DNA of 64,000 nt from Acidobacteriota bacterium (GTDB lineage Bacteria > Acidobacteriota > UBA890 > WLXD01), in the NCBI GenBank assembly GCA_965248695.1, contig CBDFKD010000002.1, positions 4,352,001-4,416,000 on the forward strand, read 5' to 3'. Below, in pieces: positions 28,752 to 39,821 of the stretch. The position numbers were made by a program, and so were the translations under genes. Within the stretch, counting starts at the first letter, position 1. Each line of letters begins with the position of its first letter. The notes beneath the pieces were generated by a model, which searched no databases, was not told the DNA's origin, and was given only the letters and a program-made list of their open reading frames with translations.

Positions 28752-30056
28752 ATGCGCGGCCCGACGCTAGCGGCACTCCTGCTCGTCGCGGCGCTGCCGG
28801 CCGCTGCCCAGGCTCCCGAGCGGCAACCGTTCGTATTGGTCGCAGAGCTTGCCGACGTGATCCACCCGGTGACATCGGAGTACGTCGTCGACGCCCTCGA
28901 GATGGCGGCCGAACGCGGCGCCGACTTGTTTCTGTTACAGCTCGATACCCCGGGTGGGCTGGATCGGTCGATGCGCGACATCATCCAGTCCTTTCGCTCC
29001 AGCCCCGTACCCGTGTGCCTGTTCGTCGGACCATCGGGCGCGCGTGCCGCCTCTGCCGGCTTCTTCATGGCCATGGCGGCCGATGTGGTGGTGATGGCCC
29101 CAGGCACGAACATGGGTGCGGCAAGCCCGGTGATGGTGGGTGGAGGCACCGACGAGACGATGCAGGCGAAGCTCTTGCACGATGCCGAGGCTTACATCCG
29201 TAGCCTTGCCGAGGATCGGGGGCGTCCGGTCGATCTGGCGGTCGAGGCAGTCACCGACGGGCGCTCGTTTTCGGCCCGAGAGGCACTGGATGCCGGCCTC
29301 GCCGACTTCATCGTTGCTGATGTAGACGCGTTGCTCGCTGCCTTAGACGGCCGGCGGATCAGCAAAGGCGGTGCCGAAACGGAGCTGCGGCTCGAGGGTG
29401 CCCAGATCGAGACCCGCGAGCTGTCGCTTCGACAGCGGATCCTTGCCGTGCTGGCGAACCCACAGGTGGCGTATGTGCTCATGCTGGCCGGGCTGGCCGG
29501 GTTGTACTTCGAGTTCTCGACACCGGGCGCCGTGCTGCCGGGAGTATTGGGCGGCATTTGCCTTGTGCTGGCGTTGCAGGCGTTCCAGGTATTGCCGATC
29601 AGTTTCGCCGGCCTGTTGCTGATCGGCCTGGCGATCGTGTTCTTCATCCTCGAAATCAAGGTGATCTCATACGGCTTGCTGACCGTGGCGGGCCTCGTGG
29701 CGTTCGTCCTCGGGTCGTTGATGCTCGTGCCTGGCCCCATCCCCGAGCTGCGGTTGCAGCTCGGGTTCGTCCTCCCGACCGCGCTCGGTGTGCTCGGCAT
29801 CGCGGGCTCTCTAGTCTGGCTGGTCGTGCGTTCGCACAATGAGCGCGTCCACACCGGCTCCAAGGGTCTCGTCACCAGGATCGGTCACGCAACATCGGAT
29901 CTACGCCCGGGTGAACCGGGTTCGGTATTCGTTCACGGAGAGCGATGGCGAGCGCGCTCGGACGTGCCGATCCGCTCCGGCGATACAGTCGAGGTCGTGG
30001 GAGTGGAGGGCGGCATGGTCATCCGGGTGCGCCCCAGTCACGCAAACGAAAGGTAG
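28752..30056 (+). CDS. nfeD: NfeD family membrane-bound serine protease
   Basis: [27 protein letters not shown]-terminal OB fold [10 protein letters not shown]; upstream of an SPFH gene. Confidence 0.92.
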   Translation: MRGPTLAALLLVAALPAAAQAPERQPFVLVAELADVIHPVTSEYVVDALEMAAERGADLFLLQLDTPGGLDRSMRDIIQSFRSSPVPVCLFVGPSGARAASAGFFMAMAADVVVMAPGTNMGAASPVMVGGGTDETMQAKLLHDAEAYIRSLAEDRGRPVDLAVEAVTDGRSFSAREALDAGLADFIVADVDALLAALDGRRISKGGAETELRLEGAQIETRELSLRQRILAVLANPQVAYVLMLAGLAGLYFEFSTPGAVLPGVLGGICLVLALQAFQVLPISFAGLLLIGLAIVFFILEIKVISYGLLTVAGLVAFVLGSLMLVPGPIPELRLQLGFVLPTALGVLGIAGSLVWLVVRSHNERVHTGSKGLVTRIGHATSDLRPGEPGSVFVHGERWRARSDVPIRSGDTVEVVGVEGGMVIRVRPSHANER

Positions 30057-30064
30057 CTGAGATC

Positions 30065-30859
30065 ATGACATTCCTGTCGCCGCTCGTACTTCTGTTCGTC
30101 ATCTTCGCGTTCTACTTGATCGGCTCGGTCAGCATCCTCAAGGAGTACGAGCGCGGGGTCATCTTCCGGCTCGGGCGGCTTCTTCCCGACACCAAGGGAC
30201 CGGGGATCATCTTCGTCTTCTGGCCCATCGACAAGATGGAGCGCGTGTCGCTGCGTACGATCGTTCTCGACGTGCCCCCTCAGGACGTGATCACGCTCGA
30301 CAACGTGTCGGTGAAGGTAAACGCGGTGGTGTATTTCCGTGTCATGGAACCCACCCGTGCCATTGTCGAAGTCGAAAACTACATGTACGCCACTTCGCAG
30401 CTGGCGCAGACCACGCTTCGTTCGGTGCTCGGTCAAGTTGAGCTCGACACGCTGCTGTCGGAACGTGAGCGCCTCAATTCCCAGCTGCAGTCGATCCTGG
30501 ACGACCACACCGACCCATGGGGCATCAAGGTGTCGATGGTCGAGGTGAAGCACGTCGATTTGCCGCAGGAGATGGTCCGCGCCATCGCCCGCCAGGCGGA
30601 AGCCGAACGTGAGAAGCGCGCCAAGATCATCCACGCTGAGGGCGAGGCGCAGGCATCGAAGCGCCTACACGAGGCGGCAATTGTGCTGGCACAGGAGCCG
30701 GTTGCGGTGCAATTGCGGTACTTTCAGACGCTGACCGAGGTGGCGTCCGATCGCAGCTCGACCATCGTGTTTCCGCTACCCGTGGACATGATGGTGCGTG
30801 GGCTGGCTGCCAGCGGGATCGTCAGCCCGCCTGCGAGCGCCGAAAAATCGGGGGAGTGA
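30065..30859 (+). CDS. SPFH/stomatin (slipin) family protein
   Basis: [50 protein letters not shown]. Confidence 0.95.
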   Translation: MTFLSPLVLLFVIFAFYLIGSVSILKEYERGVIFRLGRLLPDTKGPGIIFVFWPIDKMERVSLRTIVLDVPPQDVITLDNVSVKVNAVVYFRVMEPTRAIVEVENYMYATSQLAQTTLRSVLGQVELDTLLSERERLNSQLQSILDDHTDPWGIKVSMVEVKHVDLPQEMVRAIARQAEAEREKRAKIIHAEGEAQASKRLHEAAIVLAQEPVAVQLRYFQTLTEVASDRSSTIVFPLPVDMMVRGLAASGIVSPPASAEKSGE

Positions 30860-30990
30860 GCGGTTCGCCTCGAGATAACCGGGTCCTGCGGTGGCGAGAG
30901 AATCACCTCTCGATGCGATAGACTTTTCGTCATATTGACCGCGCTAGCGCGCCGGTGCCACGGCGTGGATCCGGCGTACGGGGTGGCAAG

Positions 30991-31587
30991 ATGAACGGCT
31001 CGGGCAAGCAGAGCTTCTACGAGATCCAGCTCAGCAACGGCAGCCTGATCGCGGCCTTTCTCGTGGCCGTTGGCCTCGGCGTCGCTGTGTTCATGCTCGG
31101 GGTCATGGTCGGCCGCGGCCAAGGGCCCCAACCGCTCCTCGAGGGAGGGCTGGTGGAGGCGCTCGGCGATGAGAGTGGCCCAGCCCCGGCGAACGATCCC
31201 AGCGACACCGATTTCCTCGCGCGCCTTGAAGAGACACCTGAGGGGACCAACGACCTGCCCGTAGCCGCCGAGCCCGATCGCGATCCGGAGCCCGTGGCGT
31301 CGCCGGTGGTAGCGCGCACGAGCAACCTGCCCGCCGCGGACCCATCGATCGCCAGCGGCTTCGTGGTGCAGGTGAAGGCAACCAGCGATCGCGACGAAGC
31401 GGATACGCTCCAGGCCAGTCTCGCCTCAGCCGGATTCCCGGCGTTCGTTGTCTCTGGCGACGTCGAGGGGACGACGATGTTCCGTGTCCGCGTCGGCCGG
31501 TATCGCGACGAGTCGGCGGCCGAGCGCGTCGCCATCGCCCTCAGTGGTCGCGGCGATATCGTCGACACCTGGATCACGCAGGGCTAG
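30991..31587 (+). CDS. SPOR domain protein (FtsN/DedD-like)
   Basis: TM segment VFMLGVMVG, then FVVQV...FRVRVGRY. Confidence 0.85.
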   Translation: MNGSGKQSFYEIQLSNGSLIAAFLVAVGLGVAVFMLGVMVGRGQGPQPLLEGGLVEALGDESGPAPANDPSDTDFLARLEETPEGTNDLPVAAEPDRDPEPVASPVVARTSNLPAADPSIASGFVVQVKATSDRDEADTLQASLASAGFPAFVVSGDVEGTTMFRVRVGRYRDESAAERVAIALSGRGDIVDTWITQG

Positions 31588-31610
31588 AGGCGCTTCTGTC
31601 TCGCGCTGGC

Positions 31611-33137
31611 TTGGCGGTGCTCCTCGGCGGCCTCGCGCTGGCCGCTGCCTTCCCCAAGGTCGGTTGGCACCCGCTTGCGTGGGTTGCCATCGCGCCGCTG
31701 CTGGTCGCAACAACGGACGCCACGCCGCTTCGAGCTTGGTGGTACGGAATCCTGTTCGGGACGGTGTTTCGCGCCGGCACGCTGTACTGGGTGGTGCACG
31801 CCATGACGCGTTTCGGCGGCCTCTCGCTGCCGGTAGCGGTACTGGGAGCCGGGCTGCTAGTGCTCTACCTCGCCGCCTACTGGGGCCTGTTCGCCTTGGT
31901 GGCGAACCGGACGGGCGCCGATCGGGTGCAGGCGGTGCTGCTGCTGGCCGCTACGTGGACCGGGCTGGAGTACGTACAGTCGATTTTCCTGAGCGGCTTT
32001 CCGTGGACGCTGCTGGGGTACGCCGGAGCCGCCAGCTTGCCGGTGGCGCAGGTTGCCGATCTCGCCGGTGTGTTCGGGCTTTCCTTCATCGTCATGTTGA
32101 GCAACGGCGCTGTCGCCGCGGCCGCCCGCGGGCGTCCCGGCTGGCGAGCATCAGTCGGGATCGCCGCAGTGACGGTGGCTGCGACCCTCGTCTACGGGTA
32201 CGGCCGGTTGGCCAGCGACGCGACGGCCGACAGCGGCGCCGCTCTGGCGGTCGGACTCGTGCAGGGCAACGTGTCGCAGGAGATCAAATGGGAGCCGGCG
32301 CTCAAGGAACGCACGCTGAATCGCCATCTGGCGCTGTCTGAGGACGGCGCTCGGCAGGGTGCCCGCTTGGTGGTCTGGCCGGAAAGCAGCTGGCCGGATC
32401 CGTACGGGGTCGAGCGCGACGCGCAGGCGGCGGAGTTGCTGACCGACGTGGCGCGACGCACCGGTGCGGCGCTCGTGGTGGGTACGGTTCACGTCGAGAA
32501 CAGCGCCGACGGATACACAGTCGCCAACGCCGCCGTCGTCGTGGACGGTGATGGTAGCTGGGCCGGCCGCTACGAGAAGTCGCACCTGGTGCCGTTCGGC
32601 GAGTACCTACCGCTGCAGGGCGTGCTCCGCTTCCTGGGACCACTGGTCGAGGCCGTAGGAGCCATGCGACCGGGTGATCCAGCACAGCCGTTGCTCTCAG
32701 CTCCGCACGTCGGCGTACCGCCTTTCGGGCTGGCGATTTGCTACGAGATCATCTTTCCTAGCCTGGTCAGGCAGCAGGTTCGATCCGGGGCGCAGTTCCT
32801 GATCACGATCACCAACGACGGCTGGTACGGCACCAGCAGCGGCCCGTACCAGCACTTCGAAATGGCGCGCTTGCGGGCCATCGAGAATCGTCGTTGGTTG
32901 GTGCGCGCCGCCAACACCGGGATCAGCGGCGTGGTGGATCCCTGGGGTCGTGTCACGCAGCGCACGGAACTGGAAACAGAGGCCGTCGTCGTCGGCGAGG
33001 TGCGCCCCCGCGATGGTCTGACGCTCTACGCGCGCACCGGCGACGCCTTCGCGATCGCTTGTGCGTTGCTGGCGGCAGTCTGTGTCGCCGGCGTCCTCTG
33101 GCCGCGATTCGCTTTCGTATACGGACCGCCGTCCTGA
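31611..33137 (+). CDS. lnt: Apolipoprotein N-acyltransferase
   Basis: VQGN, VVWPES, YEKSHLVPFGEY, ICYEIIF, TNDGWYG, RAANTGIS; start uncertain. Confidence 0.95.
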   Translation: MAVLLGGLALAAAFPKVGWHPLAWVAIAPLLVATTDATPLRAWWYGILFGTVFRAGTLYWVVHAMTRFGGLSLPVAVLGAGLLVLYLAAYWGLFALVANRTGADRVQAVLLLAATWTGLEYVQSIFLSGFPWTLLGYAGAASLPVAQVADLAGVFGLSFIVMLSNGAVAAAARGRPGWRASVGIAAVTVAATLVYGYGRLASDATADSGAALAVGLVQGNVSQEIKWEPALKERTLNRHLALSEDGARQGARLVVWPESSWPDPYGVERDAQAAELLTDVARRTGAALVVGTVHVENSADGYTVANAAVVVDGDGSWAGRYEKSHLVPFGEYLPLQGVLRFLGPLVEAVGAMRPGDPAQPLLSAPHVGVPPFGLAICYEIIFPSLVRQQVRSGAQFLITITNDGWYGTSSGPYQHFEMARLRAIENRRWLVRAANTGISGVVDPWGRVTQRTELETEAVVVGEVRPRDGLTLYARTGDAFAIACALLAAVCVAGVLWPRFAFVYGPPS

Positions 33138-33201
33138 AGTACGCGGAGAGAGGATTCGGGATAACCTCGCCGACGCCGATCGACACCATGAGGACGACAG
33201 C

Positions 33202-34315
33202 ATGATTGAGGAACCCCGACGCGCGCTCGACGAGCTGCGATCGCGATACCAGTCGCTGGGAGGTCATCTTTGACCCTTGCGGGGCTAGGGATCGGCTAGG
33301 CGAGATCGAGGCGCTGATGGCCGCGCCGGCGTTCTGGGATAACGGCGGCGACCAGCGACTGGTCCGGGAGCGTAGCGATCTGCAAGCGCGTATCGAGCTC
33401 GATGCGGCGCTCAGCGAGCAGATCGATGAGGCCGAGGCGTTCCTGGAGCTTGCCGAAGAGGGGGAGAAGGAGGCCGTAGCCGAAGCCGAGGGAGCGCTCG
33501 GCGTGCTGCGAAGACGCCTCGATGCCTACGAAGTGCAGCTACTCCTCGGCGACCCCGACGACGTGCGGCCAGCGCTGGTGGACATTCATCCGGGCGCTGG
33601 AGGTACCGAGTCGCAAGATTGGGCGGCCATGATCCTGCGCATGTTGCAGCGCTGGGCGGAGGCCGGTGGCTACAAGGTCGAGATGATCGACGAGCAGCCC
33701 GGCGAGGAAGCGGGGCTCAAGAGCGCGACTCTGCGCGTGGAGGGGCCGTACGCGTTCGGATATCTGAAGGGTGAGACGGGCGTGCACCGCCTGGTGCGTA
33801 TCTCGCCCTACGATGCGGCTAGCCGCCGCCATACGTCGTTCGCCTCGGTTGCGGTTGCTCCGGAGATCGACGATAACATCGAGATCGAGCTCGAAGACAA
33901 GGACCTTCGCATCGACACCTACCGCGCCAGCGGAGCTGGTGGGCAACACGTGAACGTGACCGACTCTGCCGTTCGCGTTACCCATGTCCCTACCGGTCTC
34001 GTGGCGCAGAGTCAGGCGGAGCGTTCGCAGCACCGCAACAAGGCAATGGCGCTCAAGGTCTTGCGCGCCCGCCTGTACGAGCGCCAGCGTCAGCTCCGCG
34101 AGGCCGAGGTCGCCGAGAAGCAAGGCGAGAAGATGGAGGTCGGATTCGGTTCACAAATCCGCTCCTACGTGCTGCATCCCTATCAGATGGCCAAGGACCA
34201 TCGCACCAACGTGGAAAAAGGGAACGTCGACGCGGTTCTCGACGGTGATCTGCAGCCGTTCATGGACGGCTTCCTGAAGTGGCGCGCTGGCGGTACCGGC
34301 AACGAGTCCTGCTAG
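33202..34315 (+). CDS. prfB: Peptide chain release factor 2, with programmed +1 frameshift at CTT-TGA-C (33268-33274)
   Basis: MIEEPRR...LGGHL* followed by the +1 frame with GGTESQDW, SPY, GGQ and SQIRSYV; internal SD GGGAGG just before CTTTGAC. Confidence 0.97.
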
Positions 34316-34333
34316 CGCCGCGGAGATTGGCGG

Positions 34334-36727
34334 TCAGGAGCCAGTGGTGTCGAGGCGGCCATCCTTGACGAAGTAGGCCTGTTGATATGCCTCGAGGTTG
34401 AGGATGGCGCGCTCCGCCGGGCCGCAGGCACGAGTCGGCGCGGTGCCGGCGATGTAGGCGAGCTCGACGGCCTCTTTGCAATACGGGCTGTACAGGAGCC
34501 CGGTGAACGCGTCCACGGTGCGCAGCTCGATGTTGCCCGGCTGCGGTAGCTGCGCCGGGCCGTTTCCCGTCTCGGCCGCTCGCATCACCTCGATCCAGAT
34601 TGGCAACGCCGAGTTCGAGCCGGTGGCGTATCGGTGAATGCGCTCCTTCTTATCGTGGCCGAGCCACACGCCGACGGTGTGGTTGGGGGAGAAGCCGACG
34701 TACCAGACGTCGGTACGGTCGTCCGTCGTGCCGGATTTGCCGCCCAGCATCTGTTCCAGCTCCTGTCCCAGCGCTCTGGCGCGCACTCCCGTGCCCCGCT
34801 GGATGCCCGCTACCAGCATGCGCGCCATCACATAGGCCTCGTCGGCGTTCATCACCGAACGAGCTGACTGCTGCGTCTTCTCGAGCAGCTTGCCCCGGCG
34901 GTCGTACACCGTACGGACCAGATGAGGCTCGACCAGGACGCCCATGTTGGGGAATACCGTGTAGGCGCGCACGATCTCCCACACCGAGATGTCCATGACG
35001 CCGAGGCCGAGCGACAGGTAGGGTCCGAACGGCGCGGTAAGGCCGAACTTGCGCGCCATATCGATGACGTTCTCGACGCCGATCTTTTGCTGCAACATGA
35101 CCGTGGGCACGTTGCGGGACTTGCCGATCGCCTCGGCCATCGAGGTGACGCCGATGTACTCGTTGTTGAAGTTCGCCGGCGAGTACGGCTGGCGCGTCGT
35201 CGGGTCACGGAAGGTAGTTGGCTGATCGACGAACAGGAACGACGGCGAGAGCCCTTGGGTCACCGCGGTTGAATAAACGAACGGCTTGAAGATCGAACCC
35301 GTCTGTCGGACCGCCTGGGTGGCGCGGTTGAACTCCGAGTCATCGAAGACCCGCCCGCCGCTCATGGCGCGAACCTCACCGCTGTCGTTCTCGACCACCA
35401 GCACCGCTCCCTGCAGCTCCGGTATCTGGCCGAGCTCGACCTCCCAGGTTCCGTCCTCGGCCCGCGACTCGAGGAAGACGTCGATCAGATCCCCGGCCCG
35501 GACTAACCTCTCCATCCTTGTGCGGTTGGTCCACTCGGCGTCTTCGGGGCTGATCTCTACCAGTATCTCGCCGATCCGTGCTCGCACGGTCTGCGGCCGT
35601 ACTTGCACGACGACGGCAGGGACGAAATCTCCGGGCTCCATCGGCGATCGCCAGCGAGGATCCTCGTAGGCTGCGGCATCAATGCCCTCGTCCGTCAGGT
35701 TGCGCTGGTTGCCATGCCAGCCAGACCGCTTGTCGACATCTCGGATGCCCTTGTCGAGAGCAGCCTCTGCGGCGCGCTGGAGCCGCCGATCGAGCGTCGT
35801 CTGGACTCGCAGACCGGAACGGTAGATGCCTTCCATACCGTAAGTCTGGATGAGTGTCTTGCGGATCTCTTCGGTGAAGTAGTCGCCGAGCTCGTTGGTG
35901 GAGACGTCTTCCGCCACCGCTAGAGGTGCCGCCTTCGCGTCGGCGTTCTCCGCGGCGCTGATGAAGCCCTCGTCGAGCATCCGGTCGAGCACGACATTGC
36001 GCTTGGCGACCGCATTTTCTGGATGCAGGTCGGGACGATAGCTCGATGGCCGCTGGATCATCCCGGCGAGCAACGCCGCCTCCGGCAACGTAACGTCCGA
36101 GATCGGCTTGCCGAAGTAGAACTTCGCCGCCGCCTGGAAGCCATATGCGCTGCTTCCCATGAAGATCTGGTTCGCGTAGATGCTGAAGATCTGCTCTTTG
36201 GTGTAGTGGCGCTCGATCTGGATCGCATAGATCGCTTCGCGGATCTTGCGCTCGAGGGTCTTGTCGCGCGGAAGCCAGTTGTCGCCGCCGAGGTAGCGAT
36301 CGAGGTTTCTTGGCACCTGCATGGTGATTGTGCTGAAGCCTTCGCAGAAGTAGCCACAGCGCAGGTCGGCGAACAACGAGCGCAATACTGCCTGCGGGTC
36401 GATACCCACGTGGCTGAAGAATCGCGCATCTTCGGCCGCGACTACCGCCTGCACCATGAAGGGGGAGATCTCGTCGAAGCTCACCACTTCACGACGTTGT
36501 TGGAGCCACTCGGCGTACTGCATCCCGTCGCGGTCGTAGATACGAGTGACCAGGCTCGGCTCGTAGACACGAAGCGCATCTACGATCGCAGCATCCGGTA
36601 CATAGGCGATCACGAAACCCGCGGCGAGCCCGCTGATCACTGCCGCGAGGGGCAGGATGGCGAGGACGGGGTGCCGAAGGATCGGCCCCGCGGTGCGGGC
36701 AGCAACGGTGAGAAGGCGGTCAATCAT
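34334..36727 (-). CDS. Class A penicillin-binding protein (PBP1A family)
   Basis: Transglycosylase motifs AEDARF, STITMQ, RKIRE; transpeptidase motifs GSIFKP, SRN, KSGT. Confidence 0.93.
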   Translation of the reverse strand: MIDRLLTVAARTAGPILRHPVLAILPLAAVISGLAAGFVIAYVPDAAIVDALRVYEPSLVTRIYDRDGMQYAEWLQQRREVVSFDEISPFMVQAVVAAEDARFFSHVGIDPQAVLRSLFADLRCGYFCEGFSTITMQVPRNLDRYLGGDNWLPRDKTLERKIREAIYAIQIERHYTKEQIFSIYANQIFMGSSAYGFQAAAKFYFGKPISDVTLPEAALLAGMIQRPSSYRPDLHPENAVAKRNVVLDRMLDEGFISAAENADAKAAPLAVAEDVSTNELGDYFTEEIRKTLIQTYGMEGIYRSGLRVQTTLDRRLQRAAEAALDKGIRDVDKRSGWHGNQRNLTDEGIDAAAYEDPRWRSPMEPGDFVPAVVVQVRPQTVRARIGEILVEISPEDAEWTNRTRMERLVRAGDLIDVFLESRAEDGTWEVELGQIPELQGAVLVVENDSGEVRAMSGGRVFDDSEFNRATQAVRQTGSIFKPFVYSTAVTQGLSPSFLFVDQPTTFRDPTTRQPYSPANFNNEYIGVTSMAEAIGKSRNVPTVMLQQKIGVENVIDMARKFGLTAPFGPYLSLGLGVMDISVWEIVRAYTVFPNMGVLVEPHLVRTVYDRRGKLLEKTQQSARSVMNADEAYVMARMLVAGIQRGTGVRARALGQELEQMLGGKSGTTDDRTDVWYVGFSPNHTVGVWLGHDKKERIHRYATGSNSALPIWIEVMRAAETGNGPAQLPQPGNIELRTVDAFTGLLYSPYCKEAVELAYIAGTAPTRACGPAERAILNLEAYQQAYFVKDGRLDTTGS

Positions 36728-36880
36728 ACGGCTGACGGGGCTTTGAGGAGCGTTCCGGAATGCGGATCCCACTCACCTGAATGGTAGCATGGGCGAGCCT
36801 GCGGTCGTTGGGTGAGGGGGCTCCGACAGGCCCTTGTGGCAAGAGGCTTGACGGGCCGGGCGGGGAGTTGTTTCATTGAG

Positions 36881-36907
36881 TTAGCAGTCTGATCGAGAGA
36901 GTGCTAA
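36881..36907 (+). promoter_or_regulatory. CIRCE operator (HrcA binding site)
   Basis: TTAGCAGTC-N9-GAGTGCTAA, one mismatch to TTAGCACTC-N9-GAGTGCTAA; -35-like TTGACG at 36848; upstream of hrcA. Confidence 0.93.
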
Positions 36908-36996
36908 GACCCCGTCGCGCCGGCTGTCGAGCGGGGTCTCGTGCTTTTCCGGTACCATGGCGCTGATGCCATGGTGGGGTAACGAGTGGGGATGGC

Positions 36997-38040
36997 ATGC
37001 CGGCTTCCAAGCTGACAGCGCGTAGCGCGGCGGTTCTTGACGCAATCGTCGAACGCCACATCGCCACCGGCGGTCCGGTGGGTTCGACGGCGATTGCTGA
37101 GCAGCTTCCCGAGGCCTTGTCTCCCGCAACCATCCGCAACGTGATGGCGGAGCTCGAGCGGCTCGGACTGCTCGAGCAGCCGCACACGTCCGCTGGGCGG
37201 ACGCCCACACGGGTCGGCTATACGTTGTACGTCGGTGGCCTCATGGCGGCGGGCCGAGTCGACGGCCTCGACCCCGGTAGCTTGCGCGAACGTCTGGAGA
37301 CGGATCCGATCGAGGTCCGCGAGCTGCTACGGCGTACGTGCCACCTGCTCGCCGAGCTTTCCGAGCTCGTCGGAGTCGTTTCCGGCCCGGCCCTGGCAGA
37401 CACGGTTTTTCAACATATCGATTTCGTCGCCCTCGAGGGCAAGCGCGTGCTTGCCATGGTGGTAGCGCGAAGCGGTCAGGTGAAGAACCGGATCGTGGGT
37501 CTGGATCAGCACATGACCCAGGATCAGCTCGATCGCTCAGCGGCCTACTTGGTTCGGCGTTTTGCAGGACGCAGTCTGCGACAGGTCTCTGCCCGTGTAC
37601 GGGAGATGCTCATTGAGGCGGATCAGCATCTCGATCGCTGCGAGTCCCGCGCAATCCGACTCGGAGCCAGCTCGTTGACGCCGGATCTCGATGAGGCCGA
37701 GGTCATGGTGGAAGGGGCGGCAAGCCTGCTCGGACAGCCGGATTTCGATGGCGATTCGAGCCTGCAGGCGATGATCGAGACGCTCGAGGAACGCCGCGAG
37801 CTGCGCGGCGCGATGGTGAGCACCGGCGACCAGCAACCACGGATCTTCATCGGAGCTGCGCCTCTGCCGGCGGCGCTGGGAAGCTGCTCGATGGTGGCCG
37901 CGACGTACTGGTCGGGCGGTCACGCGCTGGGCTCGCTGGCAGTGTTGGGCCCGACGCGGCTCGACTACGTTCGCACAATCGCCCTGGTCGATGCGATGGC
38001 GCAAGCGACCTCGGACGTGTTGGGGCGAGTCACGCTCTGA
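36997..38040 (+). CDS. hrcA: Heat-inducible transcription repressor HrcA
   Basis: PVGS, LSPATIRNVMAELE, QPHTSAGRTPT, VLGPTRLDY. Confidence 0.96.
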   Translation: MPASKLTARSAAVLDAIVERHIATGGPVGSTAIAEQLPEALSPATIRNVMAELERLGLLEQPHTSAGRTPTRVGYTLYVGGLMAAGRVDGLDPGSLRERLETDPIEVRELLRRTCHLLAELSELVGVVSGPALADTVFQHIDFVALEGKRVLAMVVARSGQVKNRIVGLDQHMTQDQLDRSAAYLVRRFAGRSLRQVSARVREMLIEADQHLDRCESRAIRLGASSLTPDLDEAEVMVEGAASLLGQPDFDGDSSLQAMIETLEERRELRGAMVSTGDQQPRIFIGAAPLPAALGSCSMVAATYWSGGHALGSLAVLGPTRLDYVRTIALVDAMAQATSDVLGRVTL

Positions 38041-38082
38041 CTCCAGCCGCGATCGCTCGTGCCGCGGTTGTGAGGGTTACCG

Positions 38083-38703
38083 ATGACGGATAGCAAGCGC
38101 AGCATCCTGGAAGCCAAGTGGGCAGCTGCGGCAGCCGAAGCCGGTGCCGATGCGGTTGGCGATGCCGATGCGGCCGACGAGGCGAGCGAGGAAGCCGACG
38201 CGGCTGCTGTTGCCGAAGGGGATCTGGTCGAGGCCGGGGAGCCGCAGCCGCTCGAACAAGAGGTCGCCTCGCTCCGAGACCAGCTGCTTCGACAGCAGGC
38301 CGAGATGGCCAACTTTCGTCGCCGGACGCAGCAGGAGGGCGGGGAACGCGCTGAAGGAGGCCGAATCGAGGTGATCCAGCGGTTGCTACCGGTGCTGGAT
38401 GACTTCGAGCGTGCCATCGACGCGGATCCGGAAGCCGAGGGCTACCGCGAGGGCGTGGAGCTGATTCTCAAGTCGCTGCGTGATCTGCTGGCAAGCTTCG
38501 GGGTCACGCGGCTCGACCCGCAGGGCGAGGAGTTCGATCCGACGCAACATGACGCCATGCAGCAGCTGCCAACCGACGAGGTAGCCGCCGGCCGCGTGGC
38601 CAGCGTTTACAAGCCCGGGTATCGGGTGGGGGAGCGCCTGTTGCGGCCAGCAATGGTGGCCGTGGCGCGTGAGCTGGCAGGTGACGCGGACGAGGATCCC
38701 TGA
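38083..38703 (+). CDS. grpE: Nucleotide exchange factor GrpE
   Basis: AEMANFRRR, LLPVLDDFERA, FDPTQHDA, GYRVGERLLRPAMV. Confidence 0.96.
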   Translation: MTDSKRSILEAKWAAAAAEAGADAVGDADAADEASEEADAAAVAEGDLVEAGEPQPLEQEVASLRDQLLRQQAEMANFRRRTQQEGGERAEGGRIEVIQRLLPVLDDFERAIDADPEAEGYREGVELILKSLRDLLASFGVTRLDPQGEEFDPTQHDAMQQLPTDEVAAGRVASVYKPGYRVGERLLRPAMVAVARELAGDADEDP

Positions 38704-38705
38704 GG

Positions 38706-39821
38706 ATGGCGCCTGACTACTACGAGGTGCTCGGCGTCGGCCGCGATGCGTCAGCCGAGGAGATCAAGAAGGCCTATCGCCACGCCGCCATGGCGAACCA
38801 TCCCGACCGCAATCCGGATGATCCGGCAGCCGAGGAACGCTTCAAGGACGCTGCAGAGGCCTACGCCGTGGTGGGTGACGCCGAGAAGCGGGCTCGCTAC
38901 GACCGTTTCGGCAACGCTGCGTTCAGTGGCGGGTCTCCCGATTTCGGATCGGATGTTTTCGCCGACTTCGGCGACATACTGGGCGGCCTCTTCGGCTTCG
39001 ATACGGGTTTCGGACGAGCGCGGCGGGGTGGCCCGGCACGCGGTTCCAGCCTTCAGTATCGGCTGCAGATCGACCTCGAGCAGGCAGGCTCAGGCGACGA
39101 GATAGAGATTCGCGTACCCCGCCGACGTGGATGCGGGGCCTGCGGCGGCAGCGGATCGGCGTCGGGGACCGGTCGCCACCCCTGCGTCGCCTGTGGTGGC
39201 GTCGGCCAGGTACAGCAGCGGCACGGGTTCCTAACCATGGCGCGGCCGTGCGGCCGCTGTGGGGGAAGTGGCACGATCATCGACGATCCCTGTCCGACGT
39301 GTCGCGGCGAGGGACGTGCTCAGGAGACCACCACGCTGAAGGTAAAGGTGCCGCCCGGCGTCGACACCGGCATGCGACTCCTGCTGCGCGACGAAGGCGA
39401 GAGCGGCGTCAACGGCGGCCCGCCGGGCGACCTCCAGATTCTGATCGAGGTCCGTGATCACGAGCGCTTCGTCCGCCGGGGCCAGGACCTCTACACGCGG
39501 GCGCCGGCCAGCTTTGCGCGGCTGGCCCTTGGCGGGGAGCTCGAGATCGCGACCCTGGGCGGGCAGTCGGCGACGTTGCAGGTACCGTCCGGCACACAAT
39601 CGGGAGAGGTCTTGGAGCTGCGCGGGCACGGTCTACCGTCGGTCAACGGCGGTCGACCCGGTGATCTCCGCGTCTCGGTCCAAGCGGTGACACCACGCAA
39701 GCTCAGCGAGCGCGAGGAGCAGCTCCTGCGTGAGCTGGAGGAGCTGCGACCGGAGCCAGCGGAGCTCGACGGCGAGCGCTCCTGGTGGGACCGGCTGCGG
39801 GACACGCTCGGGCAACGATGA
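38706..39821 (+). CDS. dnaJ: Chaperone DnaJ
   Basis: J domain DYYEVLGV...HPDRN and four CxxCxGxG repeats. Confidence 0.96.
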   Translation: MAPDYYEVLGVGRDASAEEIKKAYRHAAMANHPDRNPDDPAAEERFKDAAEAYAVVGDAEKRARYDRFGNAAFSGGSPDFGSDVFADFGDILGGLFGFDTGFGRARRGGPARGSSLQYRLQIDLEQAGSGDEIEIRVPRRRGCGACGGSGSASGTGRHPCVACGGVGQVQQRHGFLTMARPCGRCGGSGTIIDDPCPTCRGEGRAQETTTLKVKVPPGVDTGMRLLLRDEGESGVNGGPPGDLQILIEVRDHERFVRRGQDLYTRAPASFARLALGGELEIATLGGQSATLQVPSGTQSGEVLELRGHGLPSVNGGRPGDLRVSVQAVTPRKLSEREEQLLRELEELRPEPAELDGERSWWDRLRDTLGQR

